NCBI GenBank assembly: GCA_963663275.1
Contig: OY760183.1
Coordinates: 1,888,001-1,952,000, forward strand
From: Chloroflexota bacterium
Lineage (GTDB): Bacteria > Chloroflexota > UBA11872 > VXOZ01
Reading direction: 5' to 3'
Length of the DNA stretch: 64,000 bases
Shown one piece after another: positions 48,538 to 61,177 of this stretch. A program made the translations under genes and the position numbers. The notes below the pieces were generated by a model. It was not told where the DNA came from and did no database searches. It worked only from the letters and a program-made list of their open reading frames with translations. Each line of letters opens with the position of its first letter. The first letter of the stretch is position 1.

Positions 48538-48614
48538 GGCGCATTCGTCTAGAGGCCTAGGACACCGCCCTCTCAAGGCGGAGATCACGGGTTCGAATCC
48601 CGTATGCGCTACCA
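48538..48614 (+). tRNA. tRNA-Glu (CTC)
   Basis: GGCGCAT/ATGCGCT acceptor, CCGCC-CTCTCAA-GGCGG anticodon arm, GGTTCGAATCC, encoded CCA. Confidence 0.95.
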
Positions 48615-48811
48615 CAGAGAGGCTTCACGGCAGGCGGTTGGCGTGTCGTGAGGTCTGTTTTCGTGAGAGGTTAATGGCGAAGGGATTGCTGAGAGGGTCC
48701 TCATGGACAGTGGGGTATTGGAAAGAGAGACACAGTTACCAGGATAGTCGTTGGCTGGCGCCGCTGCGTCTCGCGGCGACTGCTTTGCCAACCCCAAGAG
48801 GTGTCGTTCGA

Positions 48812-48850
48812 CCGCTTTCGTCACGGTGATGGGAGCGGGTTTCTTGTTGT
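48812..48850 (+). terminator. Candidate intrinsic terminator/attenuator upstream of valS
   Basis: CCGCTTTCGTC...GATGGGAGCGG hairpin (with G-U pairs) followed by GTTTCTTGTT. Confidence 0.4.
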
Positions 48851-48908
48851 CTGGACAGAGGAATGAGCGTGGAGACCGCACAGAGGCGATAAGAGGGAAA
48901 GCGCAAGC

Positions 48909-51605
<2,697 letters not shown>

Positions 51606-51940
51606 GCGTGGGTGGCCCATGCCGCGTGCGCGTGTTGAAGACCTACGCTACCGGAGCGGCCCGCGCAGGCTGAAAACCTACGCTACCGAGCGGCCTGCGT
51701 GGGTTGAGAGCCTACGCTGGCATTCGCGGTGGCCTTCCGTCGTGAAGGCTGGGATAATGGGGACGGAAGGCTGGGGCCGCTGGCGGGCGGGCTTGGCCGG
51801 GGGCGCCCGTGTTTTGTGCGAAACCGGTCTGCGGCGGTGCGATTGGCGCTGGTCGCGGCTTGTGTAACTCCTGGAGAAATGTGCAACGAACACCGGAGCC
51901 GAATGGCTTCTAGCGAACCAAAGAGGGATGAGACGATACG

Positions 51941-52672
51941 ATGAATACGGCACGTTTGCCGGCGTTGGTTTGGAATGACGTGGCGGCCACGCAGCTTGTG
52001 GTAGCCGCGCAGGAGGCGCAGCGTTTGGCGGAAGTGGAAGCGGAGAAGGAAGCGGCGCAGAGTTGGGCGCGGGCGGCGCTTGCGGCCGCGGTTGCGCTGG
52101 AACCGGGCGAGTGCGATCTGGCGCCGTACCAGGCTTTGGCCGCGGCGTTGGCGGCTGTGGACGACGAGCAACTGGCGCAAGAAGCCGCCGACGCCTTGGC
52201 AAAGCAGCCTCCGGCATTGTTCGCGCTCGCCGCGGCCGCCCGGGGCAAGAAGTGGGAAGAGCTTGCTAACACCATTATGGCGCGCTGCCTGGCGCAGACC
52301 GGCGTGATGGCGGGGCCGGCCGAGTTTGGCTATCAGACGGAGTGGCGGCAGCAGTACGAGACCCAGTTGGTGGAAACGTTGGGAAAAGTGTGGAAGAAGC
52401 GCGCCACCCGCAATCTGAGCAAGCAGGCGGTGGCGCTGGCGTCGGAGTCCGAGGAGCTCGACGCCCAGCAGGTGGAGGAAAACCTGAAGGCGCTGCTTTC
52501 GCCGGCGGACTTGTGGCCGCGGCCGGTGCAGCGGCGCAAGCAGGCCCGCAGCCGGCAATCGTCGTCAGGCCGTTCGCGCGGCGGCGGCCGGCGGTCGTCG
52601 GGGTCGAGCCGCGGGCAGCGGTCGTCTTCCCGCGCCCAGTCAACGCGCAAGGCGGAAGGCGAGTCGTCGTAG
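51941..52672 (+). CDS. Hypothetical helical protein with Arg/Ser-rich disordered tail
   Basis: 243 aa ORF with GC3-rich codons, in line with downstream genes; no motif recognised. Confidence 0.55.
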   Translation: MNTARLPALVWNDVAATQLVVAAQEAQRLAEVEAEKEAAQSWARAALAAAVALEPGECDLAPYQALAAALAAVDDEQLAQEAADALAKQPPALFALAAAARGKKWEELANTIMARCLAQTGVMAGPAEFGYQTEWRQQYETQLVETLGKVWKKRATRNLSKQAVALASESEELDAQQVEENLKALLSPADLWPRPVQRRKQARSRQSSSGRSRGGGRRSSGSSRGQRSSSRAQSTRKAEGESS

Positions 52673-52723
52673 TTTCGCGCGGCCCGCGCGCCGCGCCGGA
52701 CGCATCGACGTACCGCGAGACCC

Positions 52724-53521
52724 ATGGCGGCAGTCATTACTCTCACCACCGACTTTGGCACGGCGGATGGATTCGTGGGCGCGATGAAGGGCGTGATTCT
52801 CAGCCTGGCGCCGGACGCGACCGTGGTTGACATCACGCACGACGTGCCACCACACGACATCCGCGCGGGGTCGTTCGCCCTGGAAACGGCGCTGCCGCAC
52901 TTCCCGCCGGACGCCATCCACGTGGTGGTGGTAGACCCGGGCGTGGGCAGCGAGCGCGCAGGTCTGCTCGTGGAGACCGGGGAGGGGCGGTTCGTGGCGC
53001 CTGACAACGGCGTGTTGACGGGCGTGGTACCGGAGACCGGCGCTGCCCGCATCTTCACGTTGGACCGGCCGGAGTACTGGCGGCCCCAGGTGAGCGCGAC
53101 CTTTCACGGACGCGACGTCTTCGCGCCGGTGGCCGCGCATCTGGCGCGGGGCGCGCGGCCCGACGCGCTGGGAACGCCCCGCGCCGCCATGGCGCGCCTG
53201 CCGTGGCCGCGTCCCCGCCGCCGCGGGCATGAAATCGACGCTGAGGTGATCCACGTCGATCGCTTTGGAAACCTGATCACGAACCTGCGCTTGGCGGAAC
53301 TAGGTCCGGAATTGCAGCGCGCGCGCTTGCGGGTGGGGGATTACACGATAGACGGAATCACGTCCCACTACGCCGCGGGCGACGGCCTGATGGCGGTGGT
53401 GAATAGCGGCGGGCGCATTGAAGTCGCCTTGCCCGGCGCGAGCGCGGCGCGTCGGCTGAACACGGGCGCCGGCACGGCGATTCACGTGACCCTGGCGGCG
53501 CAGGACGCTGGCGGAGACTAG
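52724..53521 (+). CDS. DUF62 SAM hydroxide adenosyltransferase (chlorinase/fluorinase superfamily)
   Basis: LTTDFG..D..VG.MKG, VVDPGVGSER, SATFHGRDVFAP, HVDRFGNLITN. Confidence 0.88.
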   Translation: MAAVITLTTDFGTADGFVGAMKGVILSLAPDATVVDITHDVPPHDIRAGSFALETALPHFPPDAIHVVVVDPGVGSERAGLLVETGEGRFVAPDNGVLTGVVPETGAARIFTLDRPEYWRPQVSATFHGRDVFAPVAAHLARGARPDALGTPRAAMARLPWPRPRRRGHEIDAEVIHVDRFGNLITNLRLAELGPELQRARLRVGDYTIDGITSHYAAGDGLMAVVNSGGRIEVALPGASAARRLNTGAGTAIHVTLAAQDAGGD

Positions 53522-53566
53522 CGGAGCGCGGCGGCAATTCGGATTTCGCGAAGAAGGAGGCGGCGC

Positions 53567-54307
53567 GTGACTACGCCCATGCCGGAGCGGACGCAAGCGC
53601 CAAATGCGAACAGCGACGCGTTCCTGGCGTATCTGGCGGACTGGCACGCCGGTCTGGAATCGCTCGACCTGGAAGCCGACTGGGCCGCTCACGGCGTTGC
53701 GGCGCAGAACGTCGCGGTGTTCGTAGTGGACATGGTCAACGGCTTCTGCCACCAGGGGCCGTTGGCGGGCCCGCGTGTGCAGGGCCTGATCCCGGCGGTG
53801 CGGGAGGCGATCGAACGCTGCTACGCGCTGGGCGCGCGCCACTTTCTCCTGCCGCAGGACACGCACCGGCCCGATGCCCTGGAGTTTGCCCAATTTGGCC
53901 CGCACTGCGTGGCGGGAGAGCGCGAGGCGGAAACCGTGCCGGAACTTGCCGCCTTGCCCGCCGCCGCCCGCTTTACCGTCGTGCCCAAGAACTCGCTGCA
54001 CCCGGCGCATGGCACCGGCCTCGAGGCGTGGTTCGCGCGGCATGACGCGGTGCGGTATTTTCTCGTGATTGGCGACTGCACCGACCTCTGCGTCTACCAG
54101 ACGGCCATGTACCTGTGTCTCTCCGCCAACGCGGCTCAGCGCGCTTGCCAGATAGTAGTGCCGGAAAACTGCGTGCAGACCTACGACCTGCCGGTGGAAA
54201 CCGCGCAAGCAATCGGCGCGCCGCCCCACGACGGCGACCTGTTGCACCGCGTCTTCCTCTATCACATGGCGCTGAACGGTGTGCGGGTCGTGAAAGCGGT
54301 AGAATAG
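53567..54307 (+). CDS. Isochorismatase/nicotinamidase-family cysteine hydrolase
   Basis: VDMVNGF, QDTH, HCVAG, K-N-S, GDCTDLCV. Confidence 0.85.
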   Translation: MTTPMPERTQAPNANSDAFLAYLADWHAGLESLDLEADWAAHGVAAQNVAVFVVDMVNGFCHQGPLAGPRVQGLIPAVREAIERCYALGARHFLLPQDTHRPDALEFAQFGPHCVAGEREAETVPELAALPAAARFTVVPKNSLHPAHGTGLEAWFARHDAVRYFLVIGDCTDLCVYQTAMYLCLSANAAQRACQIVVPENCVQTYDLPVETAQAIGAPPHDGDLLHRVFLYHMALNGVRVVKAVE

Positions 54308-54388
54308 AGGCGTGCGCTCCCCCGCCGGCTGCGAGAGGCGGCGGACGAGCGCAGAATGTCGCAGCGATTGTGAGAGGAAAGAAGTGCC

Positions 54389-55297
54389 GTGAAACTGGTG
54401 CAGTACTATGACGTCGATCAGAGCGTGCGCGTGGGGATCGTGCAGGACGAGCGCGTAATTGACATAACTGATACGGAACAAGAACTCTCGACCACGCTCG
54501 ACTTTGTGGACGAGGCTCACCGGCAGCGGCGCTCGCTGGACGCGGTGCTCGCGGACCGGCTGGCCGAGGCGACGGGCGGCGCGCACAGCTACGCTGAACT
54601 GCTGGACCCGGGCGAACCGCGCCTCACCATGCCGCTCTTTCCGCCGCAGGTGTGGGGCTGCGGCGTGACCTACCGCCGCAGCGCCGAGTTCCGCGACGCC
54701 GACATGGAAGGGCCGATGGGCATCTACGACAAGGTCTACCAATCGGAACGGCCGGAGATCTTCTATAAAGGCGATACGCAGCACTGCGCCGGCCCGAACG
54801 AGCCGATCGGCATCCGCGTGGATTCCACATTTACCGCGCCGGAGCCGGAGTTGGCCTACGTGCTCGGCTACGACAACGAGATCATCGGCTATACGATCTG
54901 CGACGACGTGTCGGCCTGGGACATCGAGCGCGAAAACCCGCTCTACCTGCCCCAATCCAAGATCTTCCTGGGATGCACCTCCCTGGGGCCGACGCTGGTG
55001 ACGACGGGCGAGATTGCTGATCCGTACCACCTGGAAATCACGGCCCGCATCCGCCGCGACGGCGCGGTGATCTTCGCGGGCTCGGCCAATACCGACCAGA
55101 TCCGGCACCCGTTCGAGACACTGACGGCCTACCTCGTGCGCAATAACCCGGTGCCGGTGGGCACGGTGGTGAGCACGGGCACGGGCATCATCGTCACGGA
55201 AGAAGCGGCGCTGAGGGAAGGCGACGTGGTGGAGATCGAGATCGACGAGATCGGGCTGCTGGCGACGCCGGTGCGTCAATTGACAGAAGCCGATTAG
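54389..55297 (+). CDS. Fumarylacetoacetate hydrolase family protein (2-keto-3-deoxy-pentonate dehydratase-like)
   Basis: VWGCGVTYRRS, RPEIFYK, PEPELA, DDVSAWDIERENPLYLPQSK, TGTG. Confidence 0.85.
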   Translation: MKLVQYYDVDQSVRVGIVQDERVIDITDTEQELSTTLDFVDEAHRQRRSLDAVLADRLAEATGGAHSYAELLDPGEPRLTMPLFPPQVWGCGVTYRRSAEFRDADMEGPMGIYDKVYQSERPEIFYKGDTQHCAGPNEPIGIRVDSTFTAPEPELAYVLGYDNEIIGYTICDDVSAWDIERENPLYLPQSKIFLGCTSLGPTLVTTGEIADPYHLEITARIRRDGAVIFAGSANTDQIRHPFETLTAYLVRNNPVPVGTVVSTGTGIIVTEEAALREGDVVEIEIDEIGLLATPVRQLTEAD

Positions 55298-55415
55298 GTC
55301 GTGTATAAGATGTAGAGAAGCTACTTGCAGCAAGGGAGAGACGCGCTGCTTCGGCAAAGAAGGACATGCCAGACGCGCCAACCGCTGCATGAATAGCACA
55401 GCGAGGCGGTGAGCC

Positions 55416-55838
55416 ATAGGCGAGCGACAACCGATTTGGAGTCTTCCGCCTCAAGCGGTAACCGTCTACTTCATAATCTTTCCCCTGCTTACCTTGACGG
55501 GTGTGGCCTTTGTCATCTGGGGGGAGGTGCAAGCGGGCACGGAAATCCTGCCAACAATGGTAGTCGAGGTGTTCAGAGGATCCGCTTCAGTATCTTTCGC
55601 ATCTGCCGCACTCACATTTGTCTTTGTAGATGGAGTATCCACAATCATGGGACTTGCAACCGCGCTACAGGAACGCCGGGATCGCAAACGGCAAGAAGAA
55701 TTGGACGAGGCGCGCAAAGAGGAACGCGATAGGGTCATTGCGTTCTACAGGAAGCGAGCCGAGGAGAGCGGAGAAGAATTCGTAGAGCCGCCGGACGAGC
55801 CTTCACCGGAAGAGCCTGCGGGCAATCACCGTTACTAG
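55416..55838 (+). CDS. Hypothetical membrane protein (2 TM plus charged coil); start uncertain (ATA at 55416 or TTG at 55494)
   Basis: The frame is open from 55416 (xGERQPIWSLPPQAVTVYFIIFPLL...); less GC-rich. Confidence 0.5.
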   Translation: MGERQPIWSLPPQAVTVYFIIFPLLTLTGVAFVIWGEVQAGTEILPTMVVEVFRGSASVSFASAALTFVFVDGVSTIMGLATALQERRDRKRQEELDEARKEERDRVIAFYRKRAEESGEEFVEPPDEPSPEEPAGNHRY

Positions 55839-56024
55839 CTTCTCAAGCATTTGGACAAGCCTCGGCTCTTGCCGAGGCTTGTTTGCTTTCAATGAGAGTT
55901 CGGTTTGTGGCCGGCCAGCGGGACTTTTCGATACGCTCCCTGCGTGAAAGGCACGGTGATTGCCGCCATGGCCACACTGGAGTTGCCGCCACGTTAAGCG
56001 CAATCCGGCCTTAACATCCACCCC

Positions 56025-56282
56025 TTAGTCGCCATCGGGCGGCTGCTCGTTGCGTCCGCTGAGGTAGAACCAGACCGCGTAGGCGATGGCGCAGCCCACC
56101 AGGAGCGCGCCCACGGCTACCTCGTCCCACACGCCCAACGCGCCATGGGCCGGTAGCAGCAGGGGCGCCGTGAACGGGCGCGGACGACCGTCGCGGCGCC
56201 GCGTGGCGGTCCGCGCCGCGCGGCGAAAGCGCTTCAAACGCCAAACTGCCATTGAATCCTGCTCTTTGCCTTCTGCGGACAC
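56025..56282 (-). CDS. Small single-TM membrane protein (AHGALGVWDE motif); start uncertain
   Basis: Downstream of the Fe-S membrane protein, same strand. Confidence 0.5.
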   Translation of the reverse strand: MSAEGKEQDSMAVWRLKRFRRAARTATRRRDGRPRPFTAPLLLPAHGALGVWDEVAVGALLVGCAIAYAVWFYLSGRNEQPPDGD

Positions 56283-56313
56283 ACTACGCCAAAGCGTGGG
56301 GGCATGGCATTTC

Positions 56314-57981
56314 CTATCCCAAGACCGTGCCGCGCATCTCCATTGGCTGGGTCATCAGCCACGCGCCTACGAAGAAGAGGGCCACGATGAGCACGGCCCA
56401 CGGCGCGAGCGCGCGCATGGCTTCGGCTGCCGAGCGTTGGTCTTCTCGCGCGATGCGGTAGCCGATTGTCAGCGAGACCAGCATCCCAAGCTCCAAGAGC
56501 AGCAGTTCGAGCGGTACCAGCCAGGAATCCGGCACGACGGCGGCCAACTCCCACCGCGGAGCGCCCAGAAGCAGTATGCCAAAGTCCGCCAGGAAACTCT
56601 GCGTCACGGGTACGGCGGTCAACGCGCCGATGAGAAAGTGAAACCCGTAGTGCGCCAGCCACATGCCGAAGCCGATGGGTATCAGGGCAAAGCTGTAGCG
56701 TGTCGCGATTGCTCTCAGCGGTTCGTTCTCGCTTGGCCGGGGCGGATGGATTCCCGCTTTCGCGGGAATGACGGAGCCTTTGGCGGCCAGGGCGCGGCTC
56801 AACCAGGCGGCGCCGGTGATGAGCGCGAAAGGCAGCGCCACAAGGCCCGCGATGAAGAGCACGGCGAGCACGACCGGCTCGCTGCTGACGCCGAGTTGCG
56901 CGGCGAGCCACTGTTCCAGGGCGTAGACCGGCGCCACCATGCCAAAGGCGTTTACGAACGCCGCGAACACGAGCACGAACACCAAGGCGGCCACGTCGGT
57001 GCGATTCAAGAGCGTGCCGACGCCGGAGCGCCACGCGCCCAGTTGGCGAAACTCGCTGGTGGGAGCGCGCAGTTGGATGCCGACGTTGTCGTAAGGGCAC
57101 GCCTGGATGCAGTCCAGGCAGAAGGTGCAGTCCATGTTGCCGGTTTTGCGCTCCTGGAAGAGCCACAATTCGCAGCCGGATTGGACGAGTTGGAGGCCGG
57201 CCGGTCTTGATGGGTCTCCGGCTGAACTTGGTGTTAATGCAGGCGCGATTGGCACTGGCGCTTGCGGATGCTGAACACCGGAAGATGGATTCCGGCTTTC
57301 GCCGGAATGACGGAGGCTTTCGCTGCTGGGGGAATGACGGGCCGTGTGCGGCTCGGACTGCGGGGCGTAACGTCCCTTAATGCAATCTTTCGTCGTGCAC
57401 GAGCCGCAGAGCGCCGGTTGGCGCACCTTCACTTCCAGCGGCGAGACCATGCCGTTTATGAAGTGGAACTGTCCGATGGGGCAGACGTATTTGCAGAAGG
57501 CCGCGCCTTTGAAGATGCCGTCGATGGCGAACGCGGCGGCGAAGTAGGTCAGCGCCACCCAGGCGGTCAGCCAGGGGCTGGCCCAGAGGTCGAACGCCTC
57601 ATACGCCCAGAAGAAGACCAGCAGCACGCCGATTGCCAGCCACTTGTTGCGGATGAACTGCGGCCAGGGTCGGTTGGCGGGCAGGAGTTTCTTGGCCAGG
57701 CGGCGCGGCAGCATGAAGGGGCAGGCCATGCAGAAGAGATTGCCCGCTATCAGCAGCGCCAGCACCACGAAGCCGCGCCAGTGCACCCAGGGCAGCACGC
57801 CCGCCAGGTTCTTGGGCGCAAGTTGCGGCCCCCAGAACCCGTCGTAGAGGATCAAGGCCGATACCGCCAGCAGCGCCGCCTGCATGGACGTGCGGGCGTG
57901 CTTCCAGCGCAGAAACCGCCCGATGACGGGCAGGTCGAGGAGATCCCGCCGCTTCGTCTGCCGGGTCTCCAGCACAGCCAC
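56314..57981 (-). CDS. Polytopic membrane 4Fe-4S protein (FixG/NapH/FesM-like)
   Basis: GNLFCMACP, FCKYVCPIG, CGSCTTKDC, DCTFCLDCIQACP and multiple TM helices. Confidence 0.8.
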   Translation of the reverse strand: MAVLETRQTKRRDLLDLPVIGRFLRWKHARTSMQAALLAVSALILYDGFWGPQLAPKNLAGVLPWVHWRGFVVLALLIAGNLFCMACPFMLPRRLAKKLLPANRPWPQFIRNKWLAIGVLLVFFWAYEAFDLWASPWLTAWVALTYFAAAFAIDGIFKGAAFCKYVCPIGQFHFINGMVSPLEVKVRQPALCGSCTTKDCIKGRYAPQSEPHTARHSPSSESLRHSGESRNPSSGVQHPQAPVPIAPALTPSSAGDPSRPAGLQLVQSGCELWLFQERKTGNMDCTFCLDCIQACPYDNVGIQLRAPTSEFRQLGAWRSGVGTLLNRTDVAALVFVLVFAAFVNAFGMVAPVYALEQWLAAQLGVSSEPVVLAVLFIAGLVALPFALITGAAWLSRALAAKGSVIPAKAGIHPPRPSENEPLRAIATRYSFALIPIGFGMWLAHYGFHFLIGALTAVPVTQSFLADFGILLLGAPRWELAAVVPDSWLVPLELLLLELGMLVSLTIGYRIAREDQRSAAEAMRALAPWAVLIVALFFVGAWLMTQPMEMRGTVLG

Positions 57982-57983
57982 GC

Positions 57984-58475
57984 TTAGTTGCCTTCCTGGG
58001 CTTTGTCGGACTTCATGTCCATCCGCATCTCGCCCTGCACGCCCTTCAGATCGACGCGGTTATGCGCCGTGGTACCGTCGGCCAGCCTGGCGCGCACGAT
58101 GATGACCCAATCGCCGCCCATGGTGAACGCAAAGCCTTTGGTGGCGTACCTGCCGCCGCCAAGCGCCTCGGTCTCCACGATCACGGGCTTCATGCCGGCG
58201 TGGGTCATGGTTCCTTCCACCTCGATGGTCGCGCCCTCAAGTGGATTGCCGTCGGTATCGCGTAATGCCAACGTGAGCACGGCTTCACCGACGGTTGCCG
58301 GGTCCGGCGCGACCGAGACAATGGTTACGTCAAGTCCGCCGCTCTGTTCCCCGCGCGGGCCGCAGGCGTTGAGCGCAAGCGCGCCCAGCAGCGCGAACAG
58401 GACGATGCGCGCCGCCAGCGCCAGGCGCGGGTGCGGTTTGCACGTGGATCGAATCAAAGAAGCCTCCATGTCCAT
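57984..58475 (-). CDS. FixH/YtkA-like lipoprotein
   Basis: LNAC lipobox, EGTMTHAGM, GRY...FTMGGDW, Met-rich tail. Confidence 0.78.
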   Translation of the reverse strand: MDMEASLIRSTCKPHPRLALAARIVLFALLGALALNACGPRGEQSGGLDVTIVSVAPDPATVGEAVLTLALRDTDGNPLEGATIEVEGTMTHAGMKPVIVETEALGGGRYATKGFAFTMGGDWVIIVRARLADGTTAHNRVDLKGVQGEMRMDMKSDKAQEGN

Positions 58476-58942
58476 AGTAACAACAGGCGCTCAAAACCAC
58501 GAACCGAGGAGGCGACGAAGCAAGGAGTTCACAAGCGGAAGAGTGAACAACCCGTCGTGAGAGCGAGCAGCCGTTCATCCTTCGACAGGCTCAGGACGAA
58601 CGGCTACCGGCTTTGTGGGCGGATGCAGAACTAGCTACACCAAACTTGGTTGCCTTGCAGGGCCAAACTTCTGTCATTCCGAGCGGAGCGCAGCGGAGAG
58701 AGGAATCGAGAGCACAGCCTTGCAAGACCAGCATCTTTAGATTCCGCGAACCCTGTTCGATGCTGCGCTCGGAGTGACAGATGGAGAAGCCGCAATAGGT
58801 GTCACCGTGTGCAATAGTCTGCTTATCTCCGCAAAGTGAATCCGAATCTACTACGTCCGGACGGATGCACGCTAGACGAACGGCTTCGGACTGGACAGAC
58901 GAATGCACACTTAGGAACGGCTATGCGCCTGCAAACACCCGC

Positions 58943-59887
58943 TTAGTCCTCCGGTTGGAGGACAAGCGCCGCCGCGCCGAGGATGCCGGCGTGTTCATCG
59001 AACGCGGCCAGGCGGATGAAGGACTTTACGTCGGGATGTTCGCTGCCGGCGAGGCGCTGGAACCACGCGCGGATTGCCTGGATCAACTGGCCGCCGTCCT
59101 GCATCACGCCGCCGCCGAACACGATGCGCTCCGGGGCGAAGAGTTGCTGGCAGATCTGGCAGCCCATGGCGAGCCAACGCGCCGTTTCGTCCCACACGGC
59201 TTGCATGGCCGGATCGCCCGCGTCGGCGGCGGTACGCGCGACTTCACCCGTCAGATTCTTTAGATCACCGTTCGTGAGACGCTGCACGATTGCGGAAGGT
59301 TCTTCAGCCGCCGCCAGCCGGGCGCGGCGCGCGATGCCGGGTCCGGCGGCCAGCGACTCCAAACAGCCGCGCACGCCGCAGTTGCAAAGCGGACCCCCCG
59401 GGCTCAGCAGAATGTGGCCGATTTCCCCCGCGGCGCCGCTGCCTCGCACCACCCGTCCGGCTTCGATGATGCCGCCGCCGATGCCGGTGCCGACGGTGAC
59501 GTACACCAGGTTTTCCACGTCTCTGCCGGCGCCAAGCGCATACTCGCCCCACGCGCCGGCGTTGGCGTCGTTCGCGATCACGCCGGGCAGACCGTAGCGG
59601 TCTTGCAGGAGTGCAACCAGGGGCAAGCGCCGCCAACCCACGTTAACCGCCGACACGGCGATACCTTCATCCCGGTCTACCGTGCCGGGCACGGCGATGC
59701 CGATGGCGTCGGGCCGCGCGGGCGTCTGCGCCAGCGCATCGTCAACCGCCGCGCAGATGCTTTCCAGCATCGTCGCGTGGGAATCCTTCACCATGGGCGC
59801 GCGGGCGGTCGCCGCGATGCCGCCGCTCTCGTCCACGATGCCGACGGCGACTTTCGTGCCGCCAATGTCGATGCCGATGCCGGTCAT
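58943..59887 (-). CDS. ROK family sugar kinase
   Basis: GIDIGGTK, NDANAGAWGE, GTGIGGG, GEIGH, CNCGVRGCLE. Confidence 0.9.
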   Translation of the reverse strand: MTGIGIDIGGTKVAVGIVDESGGIAATARAPMVKDSHATMLESICAAVDDALAQTPARPDAIGIAVPGTVDRDEGIAVSAVNVGWRRLPLVALLQDRYGLPGVIANDANAGAWGEYALGAGRDVENLVYVTVGTGIGGGIIEAGRVVRGSGAAGEIGHILLSPGGPLCNCGVRGCLESLAAGPGIARRARLAAAEEPSAIVQRLTNGDLKNLTGEVARTAADAGDPAMQAVWDETARWLAMGCQICQQLFAPERIVFGGGVMQDGGQLIQAIRAWFQRLAGSEHPDVKSFIRLAAFDEHAGILGAAALVLQPED

Positions 59888-59898
59888 GGAAACTGCCC

Positions 59899-61068
59899 CT
59901 ATGCGAACTCCGGCGCGCGGTACGCGATTTTGCCGCCAATCAGCGTCAGCATAACGCGAAAATCCTTGCTGAGCACGGCAATATCGGCGTCCGCGCCGGG
60001 CCTGATCACGCCTTTCCGGTCGCTCAATCCCATTTGCCGCGCCGGCACGAAACTCGCCATGGCGAGCGCGTGCGGTAAGGGAACTCTGGCTTCCGCGTAC
60101 ACCCGCACGTTGCGATTCATCGCCGATGAACTCCCCGTAATCGTACCATCCTCCCGCGTGGCGAGCACTTCGGAAACCGTTACACTCGCGCCACTCGCCC
60201 GCCGGTACGCGCCCGGCGGCAGGCCGGAAAACTCCACGCCGTCGGTGACGAGCGCCACGCGCTCCCAGCCTTTCACGGCAATCAGCAGTTTGCCCGCCTG
60301 GGGGTCTACGTGCGCGCCGTCGCCAATCAACTCGGCGGTGATTTGTGGGTGCGCCATCACGCCGCCGACGGTGCCGGGGTCCCGGTGGTGGAGCGGGCGC
60401 ATGGCGTTGAAGGTGTGCGTGGCTTGGCTCACGCCGCTGCGGACGGCCGCGGCCACCTGGTCGAACGTTGCGTCGGAATGACCGATGGAAGGGACAATGC
60501 CCAGCGCAGCCAGGTGTTCCACCAGGGCCAGACCGCCCGCGCGCTCCGGCGCGACGGTCATCACCTTGATCATGCCGTGCGCCATGTCTTGCAGCGCGGA
60601 AACCTCGCCGGGGTCGGGCGCGCGCATGAGTTCCACGCGCATCGCGCCCGGACGCTCCGGACTGAGATAGGGTCCTTCAAGGTGCACGCCGAGAAGCTGA
60701 GAGCCGGTTGGCGTAGCCGCCGCCTTCACCAGCGTTTCCAGCGCCGCGGCCATATGCTCCCAAGACGACGTGCCGACGGTAGCCAGCAGTCCGGTCGTGC
60801 CCGTTTCCGCGCGGTAGGCGCAGATCTTGTGCACGTCCTCTACGGAACCCGCGCCGAATGACGCCCCCAAGGCCCCGTGCACGTGCATGTCGATGAAGCC
60901 GGGGCAGACGATGCAGCCGGAGACGTCGATGGTCTCCGTGTTCTCGGCAAGGTCGGCGCACGCCTCCAGGGGCGCTACCCGCGCAATGCGGCCGTCTTCA
61001 ATGACGACGCCGCACTGGGGAAGTTCTTGCAGTGGTGTGTAAACGGTACCGCCGGCGAGGAGCATCAC
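59899..61068 (-). CDS. nagA: N-acetylglucosamine-6-phosphate deacetylase
   Basis: PGFIDMHVHG, HLEGPY, TVAPE, GHSDAT, THTFNAM, LVTD. Confidence 0.92.
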   Translation of the reverse strand: MMLLAGGTVYTPLQELPQCGVVIEDGRIARVAPLEACADLAENTETIDVSGCIVCPGFIDMHVHGALGASFGAGSVEDVHKICAYRAETGTTGLLATVGTSSWEHMAAALETLVKAAATPTGSQLLGVHLEGPYLSPERPGAMRVELMRAPDPGEVSALQDMAHGMIKVMTVAPERAGGLALVEHLAALGIVPSIGHSDATFDQVAAAVRSGVSQATHTFNAMRPLHHRDPGTVGGVMAHPQITAELIGDGAHVDPQAGKLLIAVKGWERVALVTDGVEFSGLPPGAYRRASGASVTVSEVLATREDGTITGSSSAMNRNVRVYAEARVPLPHALAMASFVPARQMGLSDRKGVIRPGADADIAVLSKDFRVMLTLIGGKIAYRAPEFA

Positions 61069-61096
61069 GTTCCTTCCAATCGTTGACGCTCATGTT

Positions 61097-61126
61097 ATCG
61101 TACGGGGGCGGTGAGGGCGGCGTCAA
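61097..61126 (-). promoter_or_regulatory. Candidate sigma70 promoter of the nagA-ROK operon
   Basis: Minus strand TTGACG-about 18 nt-TACGAT. Confidence 0.5.
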
Positions 61127-61177
61127 TGTATACTAGAGTAACGCGCAATCGGCCTGAAACTGAATGAGGAGAGTGCC

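Noticed and set aside
52724-53521. SAM-dependent halogenase (fluorinase/chlorinase)
   Set aside because: The TFHGRD motif with His indicates the common DUF62 hydroxide adenosyltransferase; halogenases have TFY at this site.
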